The position numbers were made by a program, and so were the translations under genes. From Octopus vulgaris (Eukaryota), in contig OX597814.1 of the NCBI GenBank assembly GCA_951406725.2, positions 58,466,001 to 58,530,000 on the forward strand: 64,000 nt of DNA, read 5' to 3'. The notes beneath the pieces were generated by a model. It had not been told where the DNA came from and did not search any database. It saw nothing but the letters and a program-made list of their open reading frames with translations. Numbering within the stretch: position 1 is the first letter of the stretch; every line of letters begins with the position of its first letter. Below, one piece after another: positions 15,441 through 28,029 of the stretch.

Positions 15441-15788
15441 TATATGTATGTATATGTGTCTATATATTTCTGCCTTCCAGTGCAGTTTCTATATATAATA
15501 CATATACATATAAACATACTTCTATATAAATATATATCCGTACATAATACATACACGCACACACACACATACACGCTTGCTTACACAGTGATAGGTAAAC
15601 TAGAAAGCTAGAAAGATGTATACATGTCCATGTAACTATCATCGATTGATTTACCTGCATACCTATTTACCACTCTAGCTACCTGACTGCCTACCTGTTA
15701 CCTATAGAGCCACCTCACAACTGACTAAATATACTGATAGACAGCGAAGTATTTTACCTCAGGTGTTGAGTAAAATCGATACATTCTA

Positions 15789-15839
<51 letters not shown>

Positions 15840-16425
15840 CAGAGAGATGAGAGATAAAGAGAGGAGAGAGATGGAGAAGGAGAAATAGAGGGAGAGGGGG
15901 AGAAGGAGATAGATAAACAGTTAGATAGGTAGACAGAGAGATGGATAGATAAATGGACATACAAATATATAAACGCATACACATATACACACAGGCACGC
16001 GCACACATAAACACATATATATGTGGTAAGCACCAGTGTGTGCGTATGTGAGTGTGTGTGTGTGTGCGCGCGTGTGTGTAATCTCCCATAATATAATTGG
16101 ACCAAAGAAAACAAAGGATTATTACGGAAAGTTATTAAAGGAGACCACCAAAATAAAAGAATATATTTATAGTTTTCTCATTAGTAAAAAATATCAAAAT
16201 TAATTTTCAAATCGGAAAAATATGCGAGTATGTTTGGCCAATTACAAAAGTTCACTTCGCAACCATAATGTCCAGCGTTCATTCACTGTACGAGTAATTT
16301 TCAATAAATATCTTTACTATAAGACAGTCACACACACACACACACACACATATAATATATATACACTTATATATTTACACATACACACACACAGACACGC
16401 ACACTCACAAATGTATACTTATATA

Positions 16426-16508
<83 letters not shown>

Positions 16509-17052
16509 GTGTGTATATATACATACATATACACATACGGGCACACGTGCACTTAATCCTATTTCATTGCAACATTGATTCGTCGGGTATTTTTTATAAC
16601 ACAAGTTTTACGAATTCAACGCACATACAGACATATGCATTCATGCACATATATCCATTCTTATAAACTGGTCTTCTTAAAGAAAAAAATAAAACATGAG
16701 AACATCTCTATAAAAGCTGATTAAATTTTCAGCGTGTAAGACTTGAGTGAGCTGAAATACCAGCACCGGGTTTTGCTGAAAGCTTTTCTTCATCCAGCTG
16801 TAAAATATAGTTACTGAGATCTCTTAATCTTTGAGTCAGCAAAACGCGAGTTCAAGCGTAAATTAAAAGCATTTTTCTATCTATCTCTCTACTAGTCTGG
16901 TTGTTTATCTATCTCTATATCTGTCATTATGCGTGTTTATATGTCTGTGTGTATGTATGTATATATGTGGAGAATTCACAAAAAAAAAGACGAAAACAAG
17001 TGGTGTAGATAACAAATAGATGTATAAGTATAACGTTCGGGAAATGAAAAAG

Positions 17053-17090
17053 TCTTTAACGTTTCGAGCCTACGCTCTTCCACAGAAAGA
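17053..17090 (-). ncRNA. Minimal type I hammerhead-ribozyme-like motif (Penelope-type repeat)
   Basis: The minus strand reads TCTTT-CTGTGGA-A-GAGC(GTAG)GCTC-GAAA-CG-TT-AAAGA: perfect stem I and stem II, and a palindromic AACGTT stem III. The core deviates from CUGANGA at one position (U for A). Confidence 0.55.
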
Positions 17091-17112
17091 AACAAAGAGA
17101 GAAAATATGTTT

Positions 17113-17241
<129 letters not shown>

Positions 17242-17490
17242 AAATGCAGTATTGATAAAAATTTCTTCTATTGAGCATATGCATATAGATTCGAACAACA
17301 TAGGATGAACACAAGTACTTGAGAGCAGAAATAAATCGTAATTCTTTGCCTCACGAACGCAAAATAGAGCTTTTCTTTCCGATATCACCTGAATGATTGC
17401 ATGGAGAAAAGAAAAACGGAAAATGAAATATATATACACAATTATACATCATAAGCATACTGATATAGAATAAGTGACTAAGTGAATAAT

Positions 17491-17560
<70 letters not shown>

Positions 17561-18046
17561 TTTACAATGTGATTCGCTCCCGAATGAAGATGTTATAGAT
17601 TTGCTCATTAGATACAAATATATATTTTCCTCGGCATATCGAATCAAATATGAAGATATTAACTTTAAATATAATATGCCACAGTCTAAATAGTCAAACT
17701 GTCATGGTTTTCACCTATTGATGCCTCATCAGGCTCGATACGCTCTGAAATACATGTATTCTCTTTATCATTCAATTTATAGAACAACAAAATTCTTTCG
17801 TTTTTCTGTATTTAGTTTTGTGATTAGAGTTAAGCCCCACGTAGTGATTGAAACTGAAAATGTGATGAAAATCGCTGGTAAAAATAAATTTTCATGAGTA
17901 GCAAGTCACGCGCCTTACAATACATTTTACCTTATACATGCGAACATACACTTCCAAATATACTTATAATCCCACACAAAACGCACAAGTTTCCACAAAT
18001 ACTCATTTCTAATCATATATTCACATATGCATGCCTGCACACACTC

Positions 18047-18089
<43 letters not shown>

Positions 18090-18123
18090 TTTCTCTGTAC
18101 ATATATATATATATATATATTTA

Positions 18124-18175
<52 letters not shown>

Positions 18176-18179
<4 letters not shown>

Positions 18180-18382
18180 CCAGTGGTTAGGGCAGCGGAC
18201 TTGCGGTCGGAGGATCGCGGTTTCGATTCCCAGACCGGGCGTTGTGTGTGTTTATTGAGCGAAAACACCTAAAAGCTCCACGAGGCTCCGGCAGGGAATG
18301 GTGGTGATCCCGCTGTACTCTTTCACCACTCTAAAGGCGGTGCTCCAGCATGGCCGCAGTCAAATGACTGAAACAAGTACAG

Positions 18383-18397
<15 letters not shown>
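18176..18397 (+). mobile_element. tRNA-derived SINE, family B head and body joined to a family C tail, with poly(A)
   Basis: A box TGGCCCAGTGG at 18176 and B box GGTTTCGATTCC at 18219. The body matches 8560-8614 (reverse complement). The tail aaaggcggtgctccagcatggccgcagtcaaatgactgaaacaag matches 36871-36930 (reverse complement). It is flanked by (TA)n. Confidence 0.85.
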
Positions 18398-18441
<44 letters not shown>

Positions 18442-20164
18442 CATATATATATGCATATATATGTGTAAATATATGTATATATAATTATGCATATATTTAC
18501 ATAAATGTATATGTGTGTGTGTGAATCAGCTAACTTCGTAATAAAATCGTCTTTACAATCGTGTATGACGTCATAACAACGTGACCATTAGCATCATCAT
18601 CATCAAATTTACCACCCCATCATCATCACTTCTAATCGTCGTCATCGTTGTCCTTTTCTATCACTTTTGTAAAATAAATTTCCTAGCTCCCATCTATTTA
18701 TTTGTAACGTTTCTCGTCATGTGAATAATGTCGAAAAAAAGATATAAACTTCAATTATTTTCCAACATATAAATTTCACAGCCATTAGCTGAGGTGGTTG
18801 AGGTAGTTGCTTGATCTTGGTCACCGTCATCTCTTGCCTTCAGAAATAAAGAAAAAAATTGTACGTTATTCTACTTCTCGGTCATTGTTATCTCAATGAT
18901 CGAAAATTATAGTTACCTAGATTGTTATTTAGTTTAACTTTAGTGACAAGAAATGTAACATAACCGTTTTGCAAGGCTCGGTCATTGCTGATCAGACATT
19001 GCATGTAATAAATTTTCAGATGGTGAACATTATGACAAAATTAATAAATTCTTCTGACTTGTCGAGATGGCTTCCTTATTTTTCGTAGGGATACATCTTT
19101 TTACCTATAGAGACTTCAACACTTAATTGATAGTTGCATATCTTAATGAGTGCCTGGACATGTATTTCTTTTAATTTCTATATCTTAAATATATGAATTT
19201 TGAATATTCTTCAACTTACGAATAACATATTTACATTTTCGGTGGCTGATGTTTTGCAGTAGCGATAAACCTCTTTAGAAATTAAGTTCATGTGATTTAA
19301 ATCTCCTTATTTTTAAGGCATTTCAGAAAGCGTTTTGTATACGCATCAATGATAGACTCGTCCCTAGAATCGTTAATTATTTAGTGACATCTCCAAGACA
19401 AAGAAGATTACAAATGATCCTTTTGAAAAACGTCACAAGATGTAAATGAACTACGACGACTAAACTCGATAAAATAAATAATTATGTTTCAAGGGTCATA
19501 ATTTTATGTATAAACCTGTCGAATTAGTCATATGAAAAAGTAATGTATTCATTTTATTGTTCTCATGCGAGAAGTAGTTGGGAATTATGAAGGTCATATA
19601 ACTTTTCCTCTGGTTCATCATAAGCATCAACAGATACATTAACGATAAATAATATTAATTTTTAGATATTTCTTTAAAAGTCACAAACTTATAGGCAGTC
19701 TTTAAAGCTGATTTAATCTTTGTCATAAGGTACGTAGATATGATGGATGGAAATGTAAAAGTATTCATCGTGCACTGTAATATCGGAAGATGTTCCTATG
19801 CAGCTAAATTGTTTAATTTGGCGGTTTCGACTTCGGCCAGTTCAATGTCTTTAACAATGTGTATGGGTTTATTATGCGGTTAAGAATTCCACTCAGTAAC
19901 TATTTGTTCTTGGCTTCTTTTCCACAATGTAGCTTAATTGGTAACATTCTACTGTGATAGACTTGGACTGACAAATGTCATACAAGTAAAATTTGACAGG
20001 GTGTAAAATTCCATTGTAGGAACGGTTCTTCTTGGATGGTGGATTTAATATGTCGTTCTGTTTAACATACACCACCCGGTCATTGGGCATTTATAGTAGA
20101 GAAAACGTTTTCGAGGTATTAATGACAGATCTCCAGTCTGCACATTAATTCCTTAGTTCTCCCA

Positions 20165-20335
20165 AACGTTTTGGGGTTGAGCAAAGTCGAATGAAATCGA
20201 CTTCCATCTCTTCACAGGTATTTAGTTTACCGATCACCCAAAGAGCAAAGCGAAAAGTTGACCTTCGCGGGATATGGATTCAGAATATAAAGGCACGTAA
20301 TGAAATACCGGAAAGTATTCTGTCTTATGCTTGAA
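20165..20335 (-). mobile_element. Degenerate SINE family A
   Basis: gcgaaaagttgaccttcgcgggatatggattcagaat..gaaataccg is a diverged reverse complement of the family A body. Confidence 0.6.
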
Positions 20336-20671
20336 AAAATCGTCCAATATACAATCCATATTAATCGATATTTTTGACAATTTCTTGTAAATTTCATGGC
20401 TAACTATTTGAGAATATATGTAGTTTTCGGCTACGTAATCTGGTGCTGTAGATTTGCCGAAAGTGCAATTGGGTTAGGTCATGAGTTGAATAATTTCTTT
20501 ATACATCCGTCAAATAGAGTTGAAGTACTTTGGGGATGGATTAAGTCTTTTATCTTTTAGGCATTATTATGAAAATTAAGTGGCATAGTAAAAAATATTT
20601 GTGTTGTTGTCCGTAATTGTCTTCATCGGTATAGTGCTCATTTGCGTTACCTAATTTAACTGTTATATAAA

Positions 20672-20825
20672 ACCTTTCTACTATCGGCATAAAGCCTGAA
20701 ATTTTATGGCAAGGGAGTTAGTTGATGACATCAACCTCAGAGCTCAAAAAAATAAAACGTAAATTTGAATGTAAAAGCGGATGAAATGCCGTGAAACATT
20801 TCGTACGATTTTGCTAGCCAGCTGC
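20672..20825 (-). mobile_element. Degenerate SINE family A
   Basis: cctttctactatcggcataaagcctgaaattt...ggatgaaatgccg...gctagccagctgc resembles the copy at 35645-35853. Confidence 0.6.
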
Positions 20826-22616
20826 ATTTAACTGTCCCATAAATAGAATGGATAAAATCAGTGCTAAACTGAAATGCGTACTGTGGTCATACTATGACGG
20901 ACTAAGATGGTTGACGATAGTGCTTTAGCGTAGACGCAGTTTAATTCAAAGAACCTGTTAGAAAATTATTTTTGAAGCTATTGAATAGATTTTATATTTA
21001 TGTTATTACTTATACGTGCCAGTGTTCAGCGTTTGTCAGTTCTAAGATAGATAAGTGGAAGCTGGTGGGAAACACATGATGTATTTATCATGTTTATAAG
21101 TAACATTTGTAAAGGAAATTATTTGGTGCCTGCTGAGGAAAGTGGCTTAAAAACGTAATTGGTCGAGAAATATTAATAATAGTCTAATATATTTTCATAT
21201 AATAAACAATTGTAGAGAAGGCCTAGAGCCAATCGAAGTATATGTGTAATGCCAATCAGAGCGGGTTGTGAACAACAATCTCAGCAGGCTTCATTTGAAA
21301 TTAAACATGCTGTGGTTCGGTAACGAAGTAATTTAGAGATATGTATTCACGCTCCATTATTATTGTCTTTCTTTATGCTCCTTTTCTTAAACTGTTTTCT
21401 AACTATATAAGAAGTCACAACCATTATGGTGAAAGAGCGTAGTCTTATTTATGGTTACTGTTTCACCACAAGCCAGCCATAATCTAGTAAGTAGAGGATT
21501 AAATGAATTGCTGCCGTGTTCGTGTGTTACGTTTTGCATATTAGAAACGTTGTTAACGTATTCTGCGAGTGCGATTTGAGGAAAATCTGGCTGCTCTCTA
21601 TATGAGGTTAAGCAGATGCATAGCGACTCTTCATTGTTGGGTTTCGTTCATATTTTATTCAGACCATTGGGTCAAAATTGTAAAGTCGACCTTGGCACAT
21701 TTGGATATTGTTAAAGCACGAAATTACATAACGAAGGTGATATTTACTGTCACTCGTCCCAAAATACCATTAATCTTTATTAGGAAATAATGATCTCTTA
21801 TATCATCTTGTAGATTATGAAAATGGCATATATTTGTAAAGGGTGGATCTGGCCGATACAGCCATTCTAAGAATACAATGGCAAGTTATTTTAGCAAAAT
21901 TGAAAATATTCATATAGGAAGTGGGAACTAAGATTTTGAACTGAGAACAAAAATAAATTGATAAATTGATAATTAGCACATTACTCTGATTATTTATCAG
22001 CTAATTCGCTGTTGTATTTCTTTTAACCAGAGATATTTATTTCTTAATACTGTACAATGTCCAGAAATATAAAAAAATAAAGTTGACTCAGCGGAATTCT
22101 AATTAAGAATGTAAAAACTAGGAACACAATACTGCAAGAAATGTTTTCCTAATGCTGCCTCGGTCTCTGCCAATATAAAGCTGACAATTCTTTTTTCTAA
22201 TAAAGTTATAATGCGTAAGCAATAATTGTGTAGGTGGGTGTTAACCGTTACCATCGGCGCCAGTAATTGAGCGTTCACATACATTATCAGTCCCTCAGGG
22301 ACATGAGTTAAAGTTGTCTTTAATGGGGTTTGAACTTACAATTTTAAGTGCTGTAAAAATTACTGCAACTTATTCCGTCGCTCAAGCAATAAGACTAATC
22401 CTCCACGCCGAATAATTTGTTTCTAAAGGTAGGAACAAGGCCACAGGCTTTCAGGGAACTTCAGTTATTGGGTGTTACGATGGTGTATCGACTATAAAAT
22501 GAACGAAACTAATGTTGACCAGCGCGGGATTTGAAGAAAGGTAAAGAAAGAGACGGAGCAAAATCCTAAAATCTGCTTTTCCGATGTACTATTGATTCAG
22601 GCAGTTACCACCTTTA

Positions 22617-22674
<58 letters not shown>

Positions 22675-22723
22675 GCCGCTGCTGCTACTACTACTACTAC
22701 TACTACTACTACTGCCGCTGCTG

Positions 22724-22796
<73 letters not shown>

Positions 22797-22865
22797 TAAT
22801 AATAATAATAATAATAATAAATAATAATAATGATGATGATGATGATGACGATGATGATGATGATT

Positions 22866-22903
<38 letters not shown>

Positions 22904-22944
22904 AATAATAATAATAATAATAATAATAATATCAATAATAACAA
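22617..22944. repeat. Compound trinucleotide repeat (CTA/CTG)n(ATA)n(GAT)n(AAT)n
   Basis: Directly visible; it is the source of the spurious poly-L/I/D/N ORF. Confidence 0.95.
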
Positions 22945-22989
22945 CGCTGATTTCTTTTATTAACCTCGGTGGTATAGATTAGAGGGACA

Positions 22990-23870
22990 TCATACAGGCA
23001 GTTTACTATTTGTATGAGAGTTTACATGAAAGTTGATAGGATAGAATTGGAAAAGCCAGTGTAATGTTATAAAAGTATACATAGTATACACTATATGTGA
23101 TAACATGAATGATGCAATCCTCCTGTTAAAACTGGGGCTAATGAAGGGACAGCTAAGGACAATGAAGAAAACCCATAAGTCAAGGAATACACTGACTACC
23201 AAAAGCATGAGCTGTTGCCTAACTTTCATTTTCCAATTTACAGTGACGTGCTTAGCTTGGTCCCTTCACCTTCACCATTTTTGCCACAGTCACCCAACTT
23301 TTTGTCGAATTCACTAGGGAATAGCACCTCCCTCACCACTCACCTTCCAAATAAAACTTTAAAAAAAAATCGATGATGCGGCGTGCCAATCTTTTCAGCC
23401 TGTATCACAGTACAACCTCTTTAGGCATAGTTACAAGACAGGGAAACCCTGCTACTTCTGGTTTGTTAAAGGTGGTTGGTAGGGCGATTCTAACAATGGA
23501 TTCGGCTAATTGACGGATTTCTCCTATAAGTGATAGCATATTTTAGATACAACTCCACGAATTAGACATTCTCAAATCCCGAACGAGTGCAAGCAGTACG
23601 TTATCATCGGCCTGCGCATATCTCAGGCATCCCAACTACATGGTGTATCCGTGATGTAGAGTTTATCCCGAACCAGCAGTGGTCCTTGGTAACATTGCCC
23701 GACCAGGATATTTGGACGTTAACCTAGATAGTTCAAGGCCCGAAAGTCCTTCGAAATAGACCAGCTACTTCATCCTCTTCGACGCCCATAGTTTCCTAAA
23801 GAATGTCATAGCTCTTACTCATCACTAATGTCCATCAAGTAAAGAAATGCCATATAATCAACATTATTCT
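22990..23870 (-). mobile_element. Decayed L1/Tx1-like LINE, ORF2 C-terminus and 3' UTR
   Basis: Minus-strand pieces TFGP..QCYQGPLLVRDKLY, CLRYAQADDNVLLALVR (degenerate CxxC..H zinc knuckle of zf-RVT type), LVTMPKEVVL, REVLFPSEFDK and WVTVAKMVKVKG, with multiple stops and frameshifts. Confidence 0.65.
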
Positions 23871-24709
23871 CTAGTATTAAAACTAATCGGCCAGATTTTG
23901 TTGTCAAGGATGCCTGAATAAAATAAATCCAATCTAATCGACATGTCAGTCCCAACAGATGACAATGTATTTTTCAAGTAACTAAATATACTCTTCGTAT
24001 ACAAATATCTAAAAATAGAGATAACCCAAATGTGAAACCTGAAGGCAAAAAACAACCTTTGTAAATATAGGTACTTTAAGTACGGTGTAAAAAAACATGC
24101 AAATACATAACCAACACTCCAGAATTTATGAATATGTATATATTCCATACCAAAAACACCAATTATTAGGACAATAAAAAGACAAAGGATTGCGAGGATT
24201 TACATAGACACCTCTAAGCAACAAATTTCAGTAACAACGTGAGAAATATAGTAATAAAATGCGCCGAAAGGAGTGAAACGCCACTAGGGGCGACGAAGAA
24301 ATCCTACAGAACAAGAATAAAACGGCACTTCTCCGTAAATTTCAGACTACAGAAGCACGCTTAGAATTAGTTCATTCACTCCTACCCTCTACAGAGTGTT
24401 ACAAAGTAACAAGGAAGGCAGCATCGCCCTCTAATCATTACTTTCTTTACCAAGTGAAGCTTCAAAAAAGTTTATGAGAACTTGTACGAAAAGCAAATGT
24501 GTACCCTCATTGCTGTCAATCGTGTTAGCTCATCTTCAACATGGACACTAATCGTAGGAAATATCCTACCCTTCTCTGCCACAAGAAGGCGGCCGGAGGA
24601 CCATTATGACTAGCAGAGGACGGTGAGCATTTGCCGGCGCTCTTGGTACCAAGCCTGTGTCTACGCTGTGCAGCTACCCATCTTCCTCATTCTCCACCGC
24701 ATCCTTCTC

Positions 24710-24724
24710 CTGCTGCTGCTGCTG

Positions 24725-24783
<59 letters not shown>
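24710..24783. repeat. (CTG)n(CTA)n microsatellite
   Basis: Directly visible. Confidence 0.95.
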
Positions 24784-24784
<1 letters not shown>

Positions 24785-25000
24785 AACCCCAAACGTTGTT
24801 GGCAAGTACATCTACATCCTTACAAAAACCCTATAAATTAAAATGTTTGTGTCCTGATGTATTATATGAACGTGTTTCTGCTATGCGCTCCGCCGCCCAA
24901 GCTTTCGGTTATATTTAAATCTCTCATGACCTTCACTTGCCCTAGGGCATCTCCCAGCAAGTGATTGTATCCATCCTGCTCATTAAAGTAAAAAATAACA
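24785..25000 (+). mobile_element. R4/Dong-like non-LTR element, extreme 3' end
   Basis: ttggcaagtacatctacatccttacaaaaaccctata aligns to ctgacaagtactgcccacatccttaggaaaatcctatc (34250-34287). The 3' UTR cttcacttgccctagg..caagtgattgta..attaaagtaaa parallels 34362-34430. Confidence 0.65.
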
Positions 25001-25014
25001 ACAAGAAAACCCTC

Positions 25015-25160
25015 TACATGATAGAACACAGTCGGCCAGATATTTTCGTCTTAGATAGAAAAGATAGAAAATGTGACATTATTGACCCAGCAATCATCAA
25101 CGACAAGAACATGAAGACGTGAAGGAGGAGAGGAAGTAACTGACTTCCTCGGACTGTAAA
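25015..25160 (+). mobile_element. R4/Dong-like restriction-like endonuclease (REL) fragment
   Basis: Translation IEHSRPDIFVLDRKDRKCDIIDPAIINDKNMK contains the RPD..D PD-(D/E)xK motif of REL non-LTR elements. Confidence 0.7.
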
Positions 25161-25276
25161 GAAAAATAAAGAAGCATACGAGAAGCAAGTGTAAAGCAAA
25201 TCGTAGCTGACGCGTTTTGAATGATGGCTGCTAATCTCATAGCCTGAGCGCATGAAGTAAAACACAGCGTAGTGTG

Positions 25277-25580
25277 TAGCTCCATTTGTAATAATATTTC
25301 CTTTATTGGCCACAAAGATCGAACACAAAACGAAAATGTGCAATACAAAAGAAAGGATGGGGGAGGTTACCACAGAAATACAATAAAACAATAACAATTA
25401 ACAACAGAATTTCAATAATGAAATTCTCCAAAAGTTCCTCCTGGGTTAACCAAAGACCCTTACTGAACCTGGTTACTCTGAGCGCTAAGCGCACCTCAAA
25501 CGGGCATTTCTTGCCTGTTCAAGCCCCTCTGGCCTTCAGATGTATGTTTAAAGCAGCCCCATTCACACGGAGCCAATACT
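25277..25580 (-). mobile_element. L1/Tx1-like LINE 3' terminus
   Basis: The minus strand reads RVNGAALNIHL, resembling the ORF end of the 23.2 kb relic, followed by a T-rich UTR ending tgtggccAATAAAggaaat. Confidence 0.5.
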
Positions 25581-25697
25581 TAGAAGAAGAAGGAGAAGAA
25601 GAAGAAGAAGAAGAAGAAGAAGAAGAAGAAGAAGAAGAAGAAGAAGAAGAAGAAGAAGAAGAGAAAGAGGAGGAGGAGGAGGAGGAAAAAGAAGAAG
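25581..25697. repeat. (GAA)n(GAG)n microsatellite
   Basis: Directly visible. Confidence 0.95.
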
Positions 25698-26199
25698 CGG
25701 GGAGGTTTCTTAATTTTGGCCCAGCAGCAACTGGTGATCAAATTAGAAAGAAAGAAAGAAATGTACTAATATGTTAAAGACAAAACGAACCCCACATACA
25801 TACTCTCTCTCTCTCACACACACACATACACACACATACAAACATACACAGGAATGTATAGAAACCCATGTTTGAAATAAGGCAAGAAATTGCAAATCGT
25901 AATTTCTGAAATTGTAATTTGTACTTGAATTTGGTATTACACATTTTTCTGCATATACATCATACGTACGTACAGACCTACATACGTACACGCATAGATA
26001 CATGCATATACATATAGATTCGTATATATATATATATTACAAAACAGATTCATACAAATCATACAGTCTCGGTGTCGACGAAATCTACAGGAGCAAAATG
26101 TTTTGTTCGTGCCGAAATGAAAGAAGACGTGATTGCTTACACTACGAGCCCCACCATGATTATGAACACTAAACATCGATCTTTAACAATGTATAAAAT

Positions 26200-26292
<93 letters not shown>

Positions 26293-26704
26293 CTGTGTAA
26301 CTGTTTGACTCGGCTGCATTCAACTTCAAAATGTCGTACGATCGTAGAACAAACCTAGCACGTCACCAGGTAACTGGAGATTAACTCAACCTGTTGTTAA
26401 ATGATACATGTACCTTCTCCCAAATTGCCGATTGCCACTTTCATTCATTTGTGGACTAGCTCATATATGCATAACTAATCCGAATAACGATAAATGCAAC
26501 ATTCTGACCACTAATCACGGTTGTATATAGATAAAACCACTGTGTTTTCTGTAAATATACAAATGTATATAGAAGTGCAAATACTAATAACGTTATGAAT
26601 ATAATATAAATATGAGTTTTTTATTGGGTGGGGGCGACGTCACACGTTTCACGTAGCATCCTACACTTGTCACCAGGGTAGGATCGTCGATTATATCCCC
26701 ATAA

Positions 26705-26837
<133 letters not shown>

Positions 26838-27041
26838 CTGGGTTGTACAGTTTCATATGAAATCTGAACTGGTTCTCATTTCGCCTGCAGAAATATCATT
26901 ACAAAGTTTTGTTTGATGCATTAACGATTCTATTGTTGCGATGCATTTGCTAGAGGCCAAAAGTTAATTTATGTTAAATACTAATATATATTCATAAGTA
27001 CCTTACCACGCATGTTTTACGTTTATATTTTAACATATATT

Positions 27042-27490
27042 AAGGCGGCGATCCGTTAGAATCGTGACCACGTACGGCAAAATACTTAGCTTTATTTCGA
27101 TCGTTCGAGTACAAAATCCGCCGAGATTGACTTTGCTTTTCATATCTTTTGTGATTAATGAAGTGATACCAGTTGGGCAATGGGATCCATGCAATCGACC
27201 ACTTGTCCAATAAAATGTCAAGCCTTGTCCCAATAGTAGAAAGAAATATTTAAACCTGTATATTAGATTGCATTATTATATGCCCTTAAGGCTGCATGAA
27301 GACAGAATCGTTAGCGCATCGGACAACATATCCCACAGCGTTTCTTCCAGTTTTACGTTCCGGTGAGGTCGAATTTTCTTTTCTTCATTTCAGGGTTGAT
27401 AAATTAAATGCCATTGGGCTCTGGAGTCGATTACATCGATAATTCCCCTGCACTAGAATTTCAGGTTTTGTCCCTGCGGTAGAAAAAAAA
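27042..27490 (+). mobile_element. Two adjacent degenerate SINE family A copies
   Basis: aaggcggcga..agaatcgt..aaatccgccgagattgactttgcttttcat..ccttgtcccaatagtagaaag (27042-27250) and cagaatcgttagcgcatcggac..aggtcgaattt..tttgtccctgcggtagaaa (27300-27490). Confidence 0.75.
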
Positions 27491-27848
27491 TTTGATATAC
27501 CCTGTATTATATGGTAAGATATGAAATTCAAACAAATATACAAGTACCAACATTCATGTATACACACAAACATCAAGCGCTTGTGCGTAGGTGGGCTTTC
27601 GTTATTATTTTTTTAAGCTAATTTAAGAAATAGAAGAGAATCAAATTTGAGTTTCACCTTCATTATAAATTTTCGTGATGAATGAGACATTAAGTTTCAC
27701 CTGATAGCTGATTTATAGAAACTGAGTGAACAAGCCTTTAGGCGAAAGTTAAGGTCTCTGTTAATAGAATTTTATATCTACGCACTGAAACATATACATG
27801 CATGCATTCATATACATACGGAAAATGCATACACATAGATACTATGCA

Positions 27849-27945
<97 letters not shown>

Positions 27946-28029
27946 TGTATACATACAAACACATACATAAAAGATATATTTATATATATATATATACATA
28001 TTTACTGAGAAAATACAAAATGTAATGAG

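Noticed and set aside
18176-18240. tRNA gene
   Set aside because: It has A and B boxes but no complete acceptor stem, and it continues into a SINE body and poly(A) tail.
22592-22963. Poly-L/I/D/N membrane protein ORF
   Set aside because: It is a pure compound trinucleotide repeat.
25418-25777. Acidic poly-E protein ORF
   Set aside because: It is an antisense LINE end plus a (GAA)n tract.
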